A DNA stretch of 64,000 nucleotides from Gaiellales bacterium (GTDB lineage Bacteria > Actinomycetota > Thermoleophilia > Gaiellales > JAICJC01), in assembly GCA_036273515.1 (NCBI GenBank), contig DASUHM010000050.1, positions 47,246 through 111,245 of the forward strand, written 5' to 3'. A program made the position numbers and the translations under genes. Shown piece by piece: positions 24,566-32,408 of the stretch. The notes under the pieces were generated by a model. That model made no database searches and was not told the DNA's origin. It saw only the letters and a list, made by a program, of their open reading frames with translations. Within the stretch, counting starts at the first letter, position 1. Each line of letters opens with the position of its first letter.

Positions 24566-25491
24566 GACGGTTCGGCCGGCGGCTCGAGGTCGAGGATGGT
24601 CGGCTCGCGGCTGCGCCGCGCGCTCGCGGTCCGGCCCAGGGCGACGCCGCCGACGATGACCGCGCCGCCGGCGATCTGGAGCGCGCCGATCTCCTCCCCC
24701 AGGAGCAGCGCCGCGAACAGCGCGCCGAGGAACGGCTGCAGGTACATGAAGAGCGTCGCCCGGGCCGCGCCCACGCGCGGGAGCGCGGTGAAGTAGAGGA
24801 CGTTCGTGACGATCAGCGGAAAGATCGTCGAGTACACGAGCGCCCCCCAGCGCAGCGCTCCCAGGCTGCCGAAGTCCTGCTGGCCGAGCTGGTGGATCGA
24901 GATCGGCGCCATCAGCACCGCACCGACGATGATCATGAGCGTCGAGAGCCGCATCGCGCTGTATTTGCCGAACAGCGGCCGCATCATCACCGAGTAGGCC
25001 GCCCAGGTGAGCGCCGCGCCGATGGCGAGGAGGTCGCCCTTGAGGCTGAAGCCCTCCACCCCCGCGCCGCCCTGGACGACCAGCGCGACCCCCGCCAGCG
25101 AGACGCCGAGCGCGACCCAGTGCACGGGCCGCACCCGCTCGTGCCCGAGGGCGACCGAGAACGCCGCGGTGAACGCCGGCGCCGCGCCCAGGATCAGGGC
25201 GACGTTCGCCGCGGCCGTGTAGTCGAGCGCGTAGTTGAACGTCAGCTGGTTCAGGAAGATGCCGGTCGCGCCGGCCAGCACGACGAGCGGGACGTCGCGG
25301 CGCGCGACGCCGAGCCCGCGCTCGCGGACGCCGACGATGAGCGCCATCCCGATCCCCGCGAGCGCGAAGCGCAGGCCCGAGAAGGCAAGCGGGTTCCAGC
25401 GCTCGAATGCGTACTTGGTGGTGGCGTAGTTCAGGCTCCACAGCACGTTGGCCAGCACCAGCATGCCGTCGGCCCGGTCGGGGCGTCGCAC
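24562..25491 (-). CDS. DMT-superfamily (EamA/RhaT) transporter
   Basis: 309 aa, 10 TM, with two EamA-like halves (LANVLWSLNYATTK...; ...LGEEIGALQIAGGAVIVGGV). Confidence 0.85.
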   Translation of the reverse strand: MRRPDRADGMLVLANVLWSLNYATTKYAFERWNPLAFSGLRFALAGIGMALIVGVRERGLGVARRDVPLVVLAGATGIFLNQLTFNYALDYTAAANVALILGAAPAFTAAFSVALGHERVRPVHWVALGVSLAGVALVVQGGAGVEGFSLKGDLLAIGAALTWAAYSVMMRPLFGKYSAMRLSTLMIIVGAVLMAPISIHQLGQQDFGSLGALRWGALVYSTIFPLIVTNVLYFTALPRVGAARATLFMYLQPFLGALFAALLLGEEIGALQIAGGAVIVGGVALGRTASARRSREPTILDLEPPAEPS

Positions 25492-25526
25492 GGCCGCACA
25501 CTAGATGGTCGCGAGACAGCGGTGTG

Positions 25527-26294
25527 TCAGGCGGTGACGCGAGCGCCGGCGGCCGTGACGAGCATGTCGCCGGTCGTCTGCAGCGGCATCGGCAGGCGCT
25601 TTCCGGCCGCGGCCAGGGTCAGGTTCCAGGGCGCTCCGACCCGCACCCACAGCCGATGCCGGGCGAAGCGCAGGCGCTGCCCGTTCGCGAGCGTGCTCTG
25701 GAAGAGCACCTTGCCGGTGGCCGATCCGGCCCGCACGTCGAGCCACACGTTGCCGCCGGTCGCACCCAGCACGAGCGGCGCCGGGCCGGCCGGCGGTGCG
25801 GTCGTCGTGACGCCGGTCGCGGTCGTCGTCGGCGGCGTCGTGGTCTGCCCGGCCGGGGCCGTCGTGCCGGTCTTCCCGGCGGGCGGAGCGGCCGGAGCGC
25901 CGGACGAGGAGCCGCGCAGGGCCAGGAAGGCGATGGCCGCCGCGGCGACGAGCGCCATGACGACCGCAGCCGCAGTCCAGACGACGATGCGCGCCCGCCG
26001 GTCGAGCAGCGGCACCGCGGCCACCTGCCGCGGCGGCACCATGACGACCTCGTCCGGCACGAGCTCCGGCCGGGCATTCAGCTCGGCGACCATCTCCTGC
26101 GGATCGAGCCCGAGCTGCTCGGCGTAGTCGCGGACGAACGCCCGCACGTATGCCGGGCCGGGCAGGACGTCGAAGCGCTCCTCCTCGAGCGCGAGCAGGA
26201 ACTTGGCGCGGATGCGCGTCTCGGCCTCGACCTGGTCGATGCCGATGCCCCTCCGCTCGCGCTCGCCGCGCAGCTTCGCCCCCAGCTCTCCCAT
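25527..26294 (-). CDS. RodZ-like cytoskeleton protein (HTH_25 + TM + DUF4115-like)
   Basis: ATG 26294 (MGELGAKLRGERERRGIGIDQVEAETRIRAKFLLALEEERFD...). It has a TM segment, a Thr/Pro-rich linker and a beta-rich C-terminus. Confidence 0.75.
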   Translation of the reverse strand: MGELGAKLRGERERRGIGIDQVEAETRIRAKFLLALEEERFDVLPGPAYVRAFVRDYAEQLGLDPQEMVAELNARPELVPDEVVMVPPRQVAAVPLLDRRARIVVWTAAAVVMALVAAAAIAFLALRGSSSGAPAAPPAGKTGTTAPAGQTTTPPTTTATGVTTTAPPAGPAPLVLGATGGNVWLDVRAGSATGKVLFQSTLANGQRLRFARHRLWVRVGAPWNLTLAAAGKRLPMPLQTTGDMLVTAAGARVTA

Positions 26295-26354
26295 CCCGCC
26301 CCGGATTGTGCCTGCATGCGGCGGGAGCATCAACCGGAGGGGGTCCCCGGGGCG

Positions 26355-27302
26355 TCAGCCGTTGCGCAGGCCCGAGGTGTCGACGACCTCGAGGTCGCTG
26401 CCGTGGATCTGGTTCAGCAGGTGCAACGCCGAGTCGTTGAAGAGCGGATTGGAGAAGCCGGAGATGTACCAGGGCGAGCCGTTGTCGGCCACGATCATCC
26501 CGTAGCGCTTGAGCGCGGTGCCGATCACCCGCACGGGCCGCGGCAGCCCGGCCAGGCTGAACGACGCCCTCAGGCGCACGCGCAGGCCCATCGGCGGCCA
26601 GTTGGCGCAGCTGCCCGATCCGGCGTCGTGCCGGGCCGGGTAGACGTGGCCGCTGCACGTGTGCGGCACGGTGAAGCGCAGGGCGTGGTCGATCACGCCC
26701 GCCTTGACCTCGTTGTGGCGCACGAGCCCGGGCAGGATCGGCAGGCCGGCGGCGTCGGCGCTCGTCCAGCCGTTCGGGCGCAGGTGGTTCGAGGTCAGCG
26801 ACCACACGGCGCCCGACCCGGCGCGCCAGCCGGTGGCGGTGTGGCGGACGGCGTAGAGCTCGTAGAGCCGGCAGGTGCCGCGGTTCACGATCAGCATGTG
26901 GCGGTCGGACCCGGCCTCGATCTTCGGGTGGGCCGGGATCGGGTAGGGGACGTGGTTCGACTCGCTCTTGTAGAGGAACCGCACCCGGTGGGTGACCTGG
27001 TTGCGCGTGACCACGTTGATCGGGATGCCGTAGCCGGCGAAGGAGCCGAAGTCCGGATGCAGGCCGACGTTCGCGCCGATCGCGTTGATCATCGTCGCCG
27101 AGTTCGCCGCCACCGGCAGCGCGTCGACCCGCTTGTTCCACACGTTCGTCGCGGGGAAGATCGGGCAGTTGGGCGCGCTCGGCAGGCGCGTGGACGGCGC
27201 AGGCGGGACGGCGAGCGCGACCGACTCGGCGAAACCCGCGAGCACGACGACCAGGACGGCCGCCGACGCGACCCGTACCGAACGACCCCACATGCGCCGC
27301 AT
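26355..27302 (-). CDS. secreted conserved hypothetical protein
   Basis: Signal peptide (VRVASAAVLVVVLAGFAESVALA). The mature part has WTSADAAGLPILPGL, HALRFT and GMIVADNGSPWYISG. I recognise no family. The start could be 27338, 27302 or 27293. Confidence 0.6.
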   Translation of the reverse strand: MRRMWGRSVRVASAAVLVVVLAGFAESVALAVPPAPSTRLPSAPNCPIFPATNVWNKRVDALPVAANSATMINAIGANVGLHPDFGSFAGYGIPINVVTRNQVTHRVRFLYKSESNHVPYPIPAHPKIEAGSDRHMLIVNRGTCRLYELYAVRHTATGWRAGSGAVWSLTSNHLRPNGWTSADAAGLPILPGLVRHNEVKAGVIDHALRFTVPHTCSGHVYPARHDAGSGSCANWPPMGLRVRLRASFSLAGLPRPVRVIGTALKRYGMIVADNGSPWYISGFSNPLFNDSALHLLNQIHGSDLEVVDTSGLRNG

Positions 27303-27389
27303 AATCGGTGTAGTTGGGCCGGCCCGCAACCCTCGCAAGGGGGAGCTTACGGAACGCTTACGCCGGGCGTCTGCGTATCCTTACGAGCG

Positions 27390-28370
27390 ATGGCGGTGAG
27401 GGCTGAGCACGGGCCGGCGGTCGAGGTGGAGGGCCTCGAGAAGCGCTACCCCAAGGCCCCCGTGAACGCCGTGGACGGCGTCACCTTCACCGTCGAGCGG
27501 GGCGAGGTCTTCGGCCTCCTGGGGCCAAATGGCGCCGGCAAGACGACGACGATCGGCGTGCTGACGACCCGCGTGAAGCTGACCAGCGGGATCGCCCGGG
27601 TCGGCGGGATCGATGTCTCTCGCGACCCGGTACGTGCGCGCACGCAGCTGGCCGTGGTGCCGCAGCGCACGAACCTCGACCGGTCGCTCTCGATCCGCCA
27701 GAACCTGATCTTCCACGCCGCCTACCACCGCGTGCCGAGCGCCGAGCGCAACCGGCGGGCCGACGAGCTGCTCGAGCTCTTCGGCCTCACCGACCGCGGG
27801 GACGACAAGCCGGACTACATCTCGGGCGGCCAGTCGCAGCGGATCATGATCGCCAGGGCGATGATGCACACCCCGCAGGTGCTGTTCCTGGACGAGCCCA
27901 GCACGGGGCTCGACCCGGCGGCGCGGCTCTTCGTGTGGGACCGTGTGCGCGACCTGCGCGACCGCGGCACCACGATCGTGATCACCACGCACGACATGGA
28001 CGAGGCGGCGACGCTGACCGAGCGGGTCGGGATCATGGATCACGGCAGGCTGCTCGCCCTCGACCGGCCCGATGCGCTGACGCGCGGGCTGCCGGGGAAG
28101 ACGACGCTCGAGATCGCGCTCGCCGGCGCCGACGGCAACCTCGACGCGGCCGTCGAGGCGCTCGAGCGGCTCGACGGCGTCGAGCGGCTGGAACGGCTGG
28201 AGCAGAGCAACGGCCACATCCGCCTCTACGTCGCCGGCGACGCGCCGCTGATGGTGGCGCCGGTCGCGGGCGCCCTGTCCGGGTTCGGGATCACGCTCTC
28301 GGACGTGAAGATCGGCGAGCCGAGCCTCGAGGACGTCTTCATCAACCTGACGGGGCGGGCGCTGCGGTGA
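27390..28370 (+). CDS. ABC transporter ATP-binding protein (DrrA/ABC-2 exporter type)
   Basis: ATG 27390. Walker A GPNGAGKTT, signature ISGGQSQR, Walker B VLFLDEPSTGLD. Confidence 0.9.
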   Translation: MAVRAEHGPAVEVEGLEKRYPKAPVNAVDGVTFTVERGEVFGLLGPNGAGKTTTIGVLTTRVKLTSGIARVGGIDVSRDPVRARTQLAVVPQRTNLDRSLSIRQNLIFHAAYHRVPSAERNRRADELLELFGLTDRGDDKPDYISGGQSQRIMIARAMMHTPQVLFLDEPSTGLDPAARLFVWDRVRDLRDRGTTIVITTHDMDEAATLTERVGIMDHGRLLALDRPDALTRGLPGKTTLEIALAGADGNLDAAVEALERLDGVERLERLEQSNGHIRLYVAGDAPLMVAPVAGALSGFGITLSDVKIGEPSLEDVFINLTGRALR

Positions 28371-29167
28371 GCGCGCCGGCGGTCAGGGACGTGCGGACGA
28401 GCGCCCCGGGCGTGTTCATGGCGGTGCTCTGGCGCGACATCTTCGTCACCGGCCGGGAGCTGCCCGTCTTCCTCGCGCAGGTGATCCTGCAACCGCTCTT
28501 CATGCTGTTCGTGTTCGGCAAGGTGCTCTCGAACCTCGGCTACACCCGTCCCGGCTACGCGCACCTGCTCTTCCCCGGCATCGTTGCGCTGACGGCGCTG
28601 CTGACGTCGCTCCAGTCGACGGCGCTCCCGCTGGTGCTCGAGTTCAGCTTCACGAAGGAGATCGAAGACCGGCTGCTGGCCCCGATCCCGACCGCCCTCG
28701 TGGCCGTCGAGAAGATGATCTTCGCAGCGACGCGGGCGCTGATCGCGGCGGTCTGCATGTTCCCGATCGGCGTCCTCATCCTCGGCTCCGTGCCGTGGCG
28801 GGCGGCCGGCGCGCCGGAGTTCGCCGTCATCCTGATCCTGGGCGCGCTCGCCGGCGCCGCGATGGGCCTCACGATGGGGACGCTCGTCCCGCCGAACCGG
28901 ATCTCGATCGCGTTCAGCCTGGTGCTCACGCCGCTGCTCTTCACCGGCTGCAGCCAGTACCCGTGGCCGACGCTCGACTCGCTGCGCTGGTTCCAGATCG
29001 TGACCCTGTTCAACCCGCTGACCTACGTCAGCGAGGGCATGCGCGGCGCGCTCGTCCCGTACGTCCCCCACATGCGGGCGTGGGTGTGCGTCGTCGCGCT
29101 CGTCTTCTGGCTCGCCGCCTTCTCGGCGATCGGCATCTGGGGGTTCATCCGCCGGGCGATCGACTGA
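28367..29167 (+). CDS. ABC-2 type exporter permease
   Basis: GTG 28367 (GTGA overlap). 266 aa, 6 TM. Motif FNPLTYVSEGMRG. Confidence 0.85.
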   Translation: MSAPAVRDVRTSAPGVFMAVLWRDIFVTGRELPVFLAQVILQPLFMLFVFGKVLSNLGYTRPGYAHLLFPGIVALTALLTSLQSTALPLVLEFSFTKEIEDRLLAPIPTALVAVEKMIFAATRALIAAVCMFPIGVLILGSVPWRAAGAPEFAVILILGALAGAAMGLTMGTLVPPNRISIAFSLVLTPLLFTGCSQYPWPTLDSLRWFQIVTLFNPLTYVSEGMRGALVPYVPHMRAWVCVVALVFWLAAFSAIGIWGFIRRAID

Positions 29168-29185
29168 CCGCCCGGCGGATCCGCG

Positions 29186-30622
29186 TCATTCGGCGGCCTG
29201 CATGCCCTCCGACGCGGTCAGGTTCGCGCCGATCCGCTGGGCGAGGCCGGGGATGGCCATGATGATGGCGAGGCCGGCCAGCAGCCAGGCCGCGACCACC
29301 CAGGGGAACCAGTTGAACGGGTACACCTGGCCGACGGCGTTGCGGTAGAAGACGTAGGCGAGCACGATGATCGCGGCGACCGGGAACACGAGCTCCCACA
29401 GCCGCTCGCGGCTGTCGCGCAGAAACATGCGGCCGGCGCCGACGTTGGTCACGGCGTAGGCCACGATCATGCTGAGCACGCCGATCGTACCGGGGTAGAA
29501 GAACGCCGAAACCGCGTCGGAGATGCCGTAGGCGCGCATCGCGATCAGGCCGGCAGCGGCGATCACGATGACCGTGGCGAGGGCGAACGCGGGCGCACCG
29601 GTGCGGTTGGACGAGGTGCCGAGGCGCGGAGTGACGAAGCCGTCGCGGCCCATGGCGAACAGGATGCGGGAGGCACCGGTGGCCGTGCCGAGCGCGCTGG
29701 CGAAGGCGCTCACAGCCGCGCCGAGGTTGATCAGATCGCCCATCCACGAGGCGATGTAGGTCTTGCCCAGGTCGCCCAGCGGCGAGCTCGATCCCGCGAA
29801 CGCGGCCACGCCGGCCTTGTCGGTGCCGAAGCCCCACGTCTGCGCCAGCATGCAGAGCACGTAGAAGACGCCGGCGCCGATCACGGCGTTTCGGATCGCG
29901 CGCGGGATCTGGCGGCGCGGCTCGTTCGTCTCCTCGCCGAGCGCCGCGGCGCCCTCGAACCCGCCCCAGGAGAGGAACGCGAACACGACGCCAAGGCCCA
30001 GGGCGGAGCTCGTCGTCCCGCTCGGGAGCTTGAACACGTCGGCGGTGAAGCCCTGGTTGCCCGGCGTGTTGCCGGTGGCGAGCTTCACGAAGATCACGAT
30101 CATGAGGACGGAGATCAGGGCCACCGAGATCGCCTCGATCGAGAGCAGCGTCCGGGTCGTGATCTTGATGTCGCTGTACGCGAAGAAGCCGACGGCGAGC
30201 GCGGCGGCGAGGGCAATCCAAAGCCATTCGCTGCCGCTCCAGATGCCGACGCCGTTCGCGAACTGGGCCAGGAAGAGACCGACCTCGGCGGTCGACGCGA
30301 CCGTGAAGCAGAGGTACGTGCCGAGCAGCGCCCAGCCGGAGAAGAACCCCGCCCGGGCGCCGAGGGTGGCACCGGTGAACGCGTAGACCGAGCCGGCGTG
30401 GCTGTAGTGGCCGGCGAGGCGCATGATGCCGAAGGCGACCAGGAAGACGAGGATCGCCGCGATCAGGAAGGCAAGCGGGACGGCCTGACCCACGTTGCCG
30501 GCAACGCCGACGCCGTTCAGGGCCATTGCGGCGGTGGGCGCCATGATCCCGATCGAGAGGGCGATCGCCTCCCAGAACCGGAGCTCGCGGCGCAGGCCGC
30601 GGTCCTTCTCAACCGTGCTCAT
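29186..30622 (-). CDS. APC-family amino acid permease
   Basis: ATG 30622 (MSTVEKDRGLRRELRFWEAIALSIGIMAPT...). 478 aa, 12 TM. ATGA overlap with the formamidase stop. Confidence 0.88.
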   Translation of the reverse strand: MSTVEKDRGLRRELRFWEAIALSIGIMAPTAAMALNGVGVAGNVGQAVPLAFLIAAILVFLVAFGIMRLAGHYSHAGSVYAFTGATLGARAGFFSGWALLGTYLCFTVASTAEVGLFLAQFANGVGIWSGSEWLWIALAAALAVGFFAYSDIKITTRTLLSIEAISVALISVLMIVIFVKLATGNTPGNQGFTADVFKLPSGTTSSALGLGVVFAFLSWGGFEGAAALGEETNEPRRQIPRAIRNAVIGAGVFYVLCMLAQTWGFGTDKAGVAAFAGSSSPLGDLGKTYIASWMGDLINLGAAVSAFASALGTATGASRILFAMGRDGFVTPRLGTSSNRTGAPAFALATVIVIAAAGLIAMRAYGISDAVSAFFYPGTIGVLSMIVAYAVTNVGAGRMFLRDSRERLWELVFPVAAIIVLAYVFYRNAVGQVYPFNWFPWVVAAWLLAGLAIIMAIPGLAQRIGANLTASEGMQAAE

Positions 30623-31572
30623 CGTCCCTCCTCGTCGAAGATCCCCAGCGGCAGGAACATGCCGACCACCCAGTTGGGCTGGTCGACAACCTCGTGGATG
30701 CGCAGGTCGCAGGCGACCGAGCAGAGCGCATACGCCTCCTGCCGGTCGAGCCCGCGGTTGTGGCCGAGGTGCTCGATCATCGCCCGCGTCGCCGCCTTCG
30801 TCGCCTCCATCAGGTCGGGTGCGACGCCGGTCGTGACGTGATAGGCGTGCGCCTCGGTGGGGGCGAGCTCTCCGGCGGCCACCGAGTACTGCGGCGCGGG
30901 CACCGAGAAGTCGCGGCGGACGCTCAGGCGCACGACGATGTCCATCGCCGCCTCGACGGCCGTGCCGCACACCTCGCCGTCGCCCATGGCCGCGTGCGTG
31001 TCGCCGACCGAGAACAGGGCGCCGTCGACGCCGACCGGCAGGAACAGGGTCGTGCCGACGCGCAGGTGCTTGATGTCGAGGTTGCCGCCGAAGTTGGACG
31101 GCGGCACGATCGAGTGCCGGCCCGGCTCCGGCATGGCGACGCCGATCGTCCCCGGGAACGGCTCGAACGGGAGCGTCACGCCCTCGGCGAAACGGACACG
31201 ACGGGCCGCGCCGTCGACGGCCGAGATGCGCAGCCACGGATCCGGGAACTCGTCGGCGAGCAGCCCGAAGCCGGGGATGATCGCCGTCCAGCCCCAGTCG
31301 CCGGGCCGCAGCTCGAGGATCTCGACCGCGAGCACGTCGCCCGGCTTCGCGTCCTTCACGAACACCGGCCCGCTGACCGGGTTCACGTGCGAGAAGTCGA
31401 GCGCGGTGACCGCCTCGGCGCCCGAATCGCGGCCGATCTGCTCGTCGCCGGCGTCGCGCACGTGCAGCTCGACATCGGCTCCGGAATCGACCTCGAGGGC
31501 GGGCGGGATGGCGTTGTCCCAGACGTAGTTGAACGCCTCTGGCCGGACCTCGTGCAGAGAATGACGGTGCAT
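30619..31572 (-). CDS. acetamidase/formamidase-family amidohydrolase
   Basis: ATG 31572 after GGGAGAGGGG. FmdA_AmdA pattern: VNPVSGPVFVKDAKPGDVL, GGNLDIKHL, GDTHAAMGDGEV. Confidence 0.85.
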   Translation of the reverse strand: MHRHSLHEVRPEAFNYVWDNAIPPALEVDSGADVELHVRDAGDEQIGRDSGAEAVTALDFSHVNPVSGPVFVKDAKPGDVLAVEILELRPGDWGWTAIIPGFGLLADEFPDPWLRISAVDGAARRVRFAEGVTLPFEPFPGTIGVAMPEPGRHSIVPPSNFGGNLDIKHLRVGTTLFLPVGVDGALFSVGDTHAAMGDGEVCGTAVEAAMDIVVRLSVRRDFSVPAPQYSVAAGELAPTEAHAYHVTTGVAPDLMEATKAATRAMIEHLGHNRGLDRQEAYALCSVACDLRIHEVVDQPNWVVGMFLPLGIFDEEGR

Positions 31573-31619
31573 CAGAAGACCCCTCTCCCAGTGACCGAGC
31601 GCGAGTCTACAGGTGCTGG

Positions 31620-32003
31620 CTACATGTGCGCCGGGAGGGGGCGCAGGTCGGGGTCGACCCACGTCGAGCGGGCGGCCGGCGTGGCCAGCAGCTCGGCGCT
31701 GAAGTGGCGCGTGAGGAGGCCGCCGTCGAGCAGCCCGGGGAAGTGCGCGAGGAACTCGTCGAAGGTCACTGCCGGGGCTTCCGCGAGGTGGTACGCGACG
31801 AACGCCGCCCACGCCTCGGTGATCGTGCGGTGGTACTTCTGCGGGGCGCCGTGGGCCTCGGCGACGTGGCGGATCGCCGTCTCGATCCGCGTCAGCGCGA
31901 CCTCGCGCTCGTGCTCGCGCAACTCGCGCCACGCCAGGCGCAGGTGCTCACGATGACCGAACTCGCCCTGCGGGCCGAGCAGATCGGAAGGGACGGCGGG
32001 CAT
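31620..32003 (-). CDS. hypothetical protein
   Basis: ATG 32003; 127 aa with ordinary composition (HREHLRLAWRELREHE...). I recognise no family. Confidence 0.5.
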   Translation of the reverse strand: MPAVPSDLLGPQGEFGHREHLRLAWRELREHEREVALTRIETAIRHVAEAHGAPQKYHRTITEAWAAFVAYHLAEAPAVTFDEFLAHFPGLLDGGLLTRHFSAELLATPAARSTWVDPDLRPLPAHM

Positions 32004-32073
32004 GCGGCGATGGTAGCCGTTGTCGAGGGGTCTCCCCGACGCGATCCCCACCCCGCGCGGACACACTCGGCAC

Positions 32074-32334
32074 ATGACCCGGAACCCAGGATCGGCGCGA
32101 CCCGGCCCGGTTTTCTGGGCGGGCATGACGCTCGTCGCGCTCTGGAACGCCGGACTGATCATGCTCGCCGTCGAGTCGGCGCAGGGATACAGGAGCTGCG
32201 TCGCCGACGACGGCATCATCTGCGTCGACTTCAGCGGCCCGATCCTCGTCGTCATGATCGCCGTCGACGAGGTCGTCGCGCTCACGTGGTGGTTCGTGCG
32301 CCGGCGTGCCGGTCGAGGCGACCCGACCGAGTGA
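32074..32334 (+). CDS. small two-TM membrane protein, hypothetical
   Basis: ATG 32074 (MTRNPGSARPGPVFWAGMTLVALWNAGLIMLAV...). Confidence 0.45.
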   Translation: MTRNPGSARPGPVFWAGMTLVALWNAGLIMLAVESAQGYRSCVADDGIICVDFSGPILVVMIAVDEVVALTWWFVRRRAGRGDPTE

Positions 32335-32349
32335 GTTCAGGGCGACCGG

Positions 32350-32374
32350 CTCCGCCATCAGCATGTGACAGTTG
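32350..32374 (+). repeat. direct-repeat core A: CTCCGCCATCAGCATGTGACAGTTG
   Basis: 23/25 identical to 34812-34836 in the same orientation. Looser shared blocks continue for about 50-60 nt and include the stop codon of the enclosed gene. Confidence 0.8.
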
Positions 32375-32408
32375 GCGCCGTCGGCATCCGCCACCGGCGG
32401 CCTGCGAA

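Noticed and set aside
31573-31590. CAGAAGACCCCTCTCC upstream of the formamidase as another member of the palindrome family.
   Set aside because: There is no dyad partner, and the match to the core is only partial. On the coding strand it is better explained as the GGGAGAGGGG ribosome-binding site.
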